Below are positions 59,349 through 64,000 of a DNA stretch of 64,000 nt, piece by piece. The stretch is from an uncultured Caulobacteraceae bacterium. Its GTDB lineage: Bacteria > Pseudomonadota > Alphaproteobacteria > Caulobacterales > Caulobacteraceae. The notes beneath the pieces are model-generated. The model searched no databases. It saw only the letters and a program-made list of their open reading frames with translations, and had not been told where the DNA came from. Position 1 is the stretch's first letter; each line of letters starts with the position of its first letter. Position numbers and translations under genes: made by a program. The stretch spans positions 91 through 64,090 of the forward strand of contig CAIXWN010000091.1 in the NCBI GenBank assembly GCA_903923135.1. Reading direction: 5' to 3'.

Positions 59349-59378
59349 CTTGAACTGGGCGAACGAGCCTCCACATAG
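59349..59378 (+). promoter_or_regulatory. possible sigma32-type promoter upstream of lon (CTTGAA-N16-CCACATAG)
   Basis: CTTGAAC at 59349-59355 and CCACATAG at 59371-59378, about 140 nt upstream of the lon ATG. Confidence 0.35.
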
Positions 59379-59519
59379 GTGTGGAACAAGGCCGCCCGGA
59401 TGGCGGGCGGACACGGCGACTCGGGGCAATCTGACCGAGACGGGCCGGCGAGCCACCCCAAGTCCATCAGACCGCCTGGCGCGTATAGAGTCCCGCGCCG
59501 GCCAGGAGTGAAAGTACCT

Positions 59520-61919
<2,400 letters not shown>

Positions 61920-61946
61920 ACCGTTTTCGGCTATCGACACGACGGC

Positions 61947-61979
61947 GGCGCGGAGCGATCCGCGCCGTTTTCGTTTGTC
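61947..61979 (+). terminator. Rho-independent terminator of lon
   Basis: GGCGCGGA-GCGA-TCCGCGCC followed by GTTTTCGTTTGTC. Confidence 0.7.
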
Positions 61980-62019
61980 GGCCTGTCCGGTTCACCGATT
62001 CCGGCGCAGCGGAAGGCAA

Positions 62020-62096
62020 GGGCGGCTAGCTCAGCTGGTTAGAGCGTCTCGTTTACACCGAGAAGGTCGGGGGTTCGAACCCCTCGCCGCCCACCA
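62020..62096 (+). tRNA. tRNA-Val (anticodon TAC)
   Basis: Acceptor stem GGGCGGC/GCCGCCC, D-arm GCTCAGCTGGTTAGAGC, anticodon stem-loop TCTCG-TTTACAC-CGAGA, T-arm GGGGGTTCGAACCCCTC and 3' CCA. Confidence 0.9.
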
Positions 62097-62126
62097 CCTC
62101 GCCCTTCCGGCCGGCCGCGACGGCGT

Positions 62127-63017
62127 TCAGTTCGGATCCGGCTTCCAGGCGAAACCCTCGCCGTCCGCCTCGATGCGGCCGACGCCGGGGAAGGGGAAAT
62201 GCGGCGCGTACACCCGCTCATGGCTTCGGGCCAGCCGGGTGAGTGTGGCGATGCGACTGGCCCTGCCGGCCGCCGCGTCCTGGTCGAACTCGATCGTCCA
62301 GGCCGGTCGGGCCAGGGAGATGATGGCGCTGTGCGCCGTGTCGCCGATGTCCAGAAGCCGGTCGGAGCCGGAGACGATCTCATAGCCTGCGTGTCCGGGC
62401 GTGTGCCCCGTCAGTCCCACGGCCGTGACGCCCGGCGCGACGGACTCACCGGGAACGAAGGTGCGGACCTGCGGGGCGATCAACCGGACCAGGGCGGCGT
62501 CGCCGTGGGCGCGCATCCAACCCCACTCGGCGCCCGAAAGACGGATGGTCGCGTGGGGAAACGCCAGGCTTCCGGTCGCCGTCACCAGACCCCCGACATG
62601 GTCGGCGTGGGTGTGGGTGATCAGCACGTCGGTGATCTCGGCCGGCGTCACGCCAGCCTGGGCCAGGCTGGCCGCCAGGGCGCCCCGGAAGGCGGGCCCC
62701 AGGCCCGTGTCGATGAGGATCAGTCGTCCCGGTTCCTTCACCAGAAGGCCGCCGACATCCAGGTAGATCTCGTCGGCTGGGGCGCCGGCGCGGCGCAGAA
62801 CCAGGGCGACCTGCGCCGGATCAACCCCGATCCCGAAGGTCTTGCCGTCGTTGCGGGCGACGAACCGGGCGTCCCGCAGCGCCACGAGGGTCAGGGTTCC
62901 CACCCTGAAGCTTCGGGCGGCCGGCGGCGCGGGCAGGGGGCCGACGGCCTGCGCCGCGCGCGATGCGCCGGCCAGGGTCACCGCAACGGCCAGGCCAGCC
63001 AGGATCGACGTCTTCAC
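62127..63017 (-). CDS. secreted MBL-fold metallo-hydrolase
   Basis: The GTG at 63017 is preceded by GGAGG. Signal peptide (M)KTSILAGLAVAVTLAGASRAAQA and zinc motif HTHADHVGG. The upstream 5' part of the 514-aa track ORF was rejected. Confidence 0.8.
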   Translation of the reverse strand: MKTSILAGLAVAVTLAGASRAAQAVGPLPAPPAARSFRVGTLTLVALRDARFVARNDGKTFGIGVDPAQVALVLRRAGAPADEIYLDVGGLLVKEPGRLILIDTGLGPAFRGALAASLAQAGVTPAEITDVLITHTHADHVGGLVTATGSLAFPHATIRLSGAEWGWMRAHGDAALVRLIAPQVRTFVPGESVAPGVTAVGLTGHTPGHAGYEIVSGSDRLLDIGDTAHSAIISLARPAWTIEFDQDAAAGRASRIATLTRLARSHERVYAPHFPFPGVGRIEADGEGFAWKPDPN

Positions 63018-63031
63018 CAGCGCCTCCGGTT

Positions 63032-63397
63032 TCAGAAGATGACCTTCTCCTCGCCCCACCACAGGGGCGACTTCTCGAGATCGATGAACCGGCGCTCGTC
63101 TTCCAGAAGCAGTCGCCCGGCCTTCGCCGCCTCCGGATTCCCGGCGTTGGCGGCCAGATCCTCGAAGCTGTCCCACCACAGCTGGGCGACGCCGTCGAAC
63201 TGTTCCGGGCCGCCCCGGGAGCGGCGGATGTCGGCCGAAACCTCGGGGGCGGCGCTGTGCAGCTGCACGTACCGGCGGATCCGCAGCACCTCGCGGACGC
63301 TGGCCACCAGCGGCGCGTGACGCTCGAACCAGTAGGTCTGGAACGACTCGCGGGTGAAGTCCGGCCGGCGCACCAGGGCGAAAGTGAGTTTGATCAT
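63032..63397 (-). CDS. EthD-domain protein
   Basis: 121 aa. MIKLTFALVRRPDFTRESFQTYWFERHAPLV is typical of the EthD family. Confidence 0.75.
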   Translation of the reverse strand: MIKLTFALVRRPDFTRESFQTYWFERHAPLVASVREVLRIRRYVQLHSAAPEVSADIRRSRGGPEQFDGVAQLWWDSFEDLAANAGNPEAAKAGRLLLEDERRFIDLEKSPLWWGEEKVIF

Positions 63398-63589
63398 CGG
63401 CCGTTTCCCTTGGTCTGGCGGTGGACGTCACGCCGCCCATCACCCATTCTAGAGCCCGATCCGTTCGCACGGAACAGACACGGGTGGGGAACCGGGTTCT
63501 AGGGCTTTGGATCCAGGGCAAACTGTCTCCGACCGGCAGGGTCCGTCTGGTCTCAGTCCGCCCCGCCCCGAATTTTCGGAGAGGCAAGG

Positions 63590-64000
63590 ATGCGCATGAC
63601 AGGCGGCTGGTTAGCGGGACTGGGACTGCTCCTGGCCCTTGGAGTGGTTGGTCCCGCGCCCTGCGCAACAAAGGGGGAAGCGGCCGCGCCCCCCACCCTG
63701 GCCCAGATCCTGGAAGCCGCGCCGGTGGGCGACTGGCGAGCGGTCGATCCGGAAAACACCCTCTATCTGACCCTGCCGCAGGGGCGGGTGATCATCGAGC
63801 TGGCGCCGGAGTTCGCGCCCGACCACATCGCCAATATCAAACGCCTGGCCCGCGCCGGCTTCTATCAGGGCCTGTCGGTGGTCCGGGTGCAGGACAACTA
63901 TGTGGTGCAGTGGGGCGACGCGAACTCCAGCCACCCGACCGGCGGCGGTCAGCTGCGTCTGAAGGCGGAGTTCGATCATCCCTACCGGGCCGCTGATCGC
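63590..64000 (+). CDS. cyclophilin-type peptidyl-prolyl isomerase-like protein (partial, runs off the window)
   Basis: Open frame from the ATG at 63590, preceded by GGAGAGG. It is not in the track because no stop is reached. It has a signal-like N-terminus, then ..RLARAGFYQGLSVVRVQDNYVVQWGD. Confidence 0.6.
   Translation, partial: MRMTGGWLAGLGLLLALGVVGPAPCATKGEAAAPPTLAQILEAAPVGDWRAVDPENTLYLTLPQGRVIIELAPEFAPDHIANIKRLARAGFYQGLSVVRVQDNYVVQWGDANSSHPTGGGQLRLKAEFDHPYRAADR

Noticed and set aside
63018-63671. The upstream two-fifths of the 514-aa minus-strand ORF 62127..63671.
   Set aside because: It overlaps the well-supported EthD gene (63032..63397) in another frame and is Arg/Pro-rich. The MBL hydrolase has its own GGAGG-GTG start at 63017, followed directly by a signal peptide.

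Overview
High-GC, densely coding alphaproteobacterial chromosome segment. The clpP-cicA-clpX arrangement looks Caulobacterales-like. No rRNA, CRISPR array, transposase or integrase is visible.

Gene content from left to right:
- aatA aminotransferase, translationally coupled to a DUF4169 and RHH small-protein pair.
- SDR, TVP38-family and LEH-like genes.
- An atu-like acyl-CoA carboxylase cluster: thiolase-like, AtuA-family, hydratase, carboxylase alpha and beta, and divergently an acyl-CoA synthetase, NMO and SnoaL-like gene.
- A Gln/Ala/Arg-rich lipoprotein with a 75-nt tandem repeat.
- A ferredoxin, di-iron oxygenase-like and PAS-only operon.
- A complete cbb3 oxidase locus, ccoNOQP-ccoGHIS. 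ccoQ and ccoS fall below the ORF-track size cutoff.
- A nucleotide-sugar epimerase.
- An orphan HlyB/HlyD-type type I secretion pair, divergent from a TPR-sulfotransferase.
- tRNA-Leu(TAG), tig, clpP, cicA-like HAD plus an 87-aa ORF on the opposite strand, and clpX.
- A single 16,812-nt ORF encoding a 5603-aa autotransporter-like protein with nested long tandem repeats.
- ybaK-like and matB-like genes, lon, tRNA-Val(TAC), MBL hydrolase, EthD, and a partial cyclophilin-type PPIase.

The most notable observations:
1. The giant, internally duplicated autotransporter is wedged into the normally contiguous clpX-lon junction.
2. Two near-identical FNR/FixK-type palindromes flank a 600-bp region. One serves ccoN. 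The other sits upstream of the uncharacterised ferredoxin/di-iron/PAS operon.
3. The type I secretion exporter has a catalytically dead C39-like domain and lies next to a TPR-sulfotransferase.

Many long ORFs in the supplied track are antisense or out-of-frame shadows typical of high-GC DNA, and were rejected.
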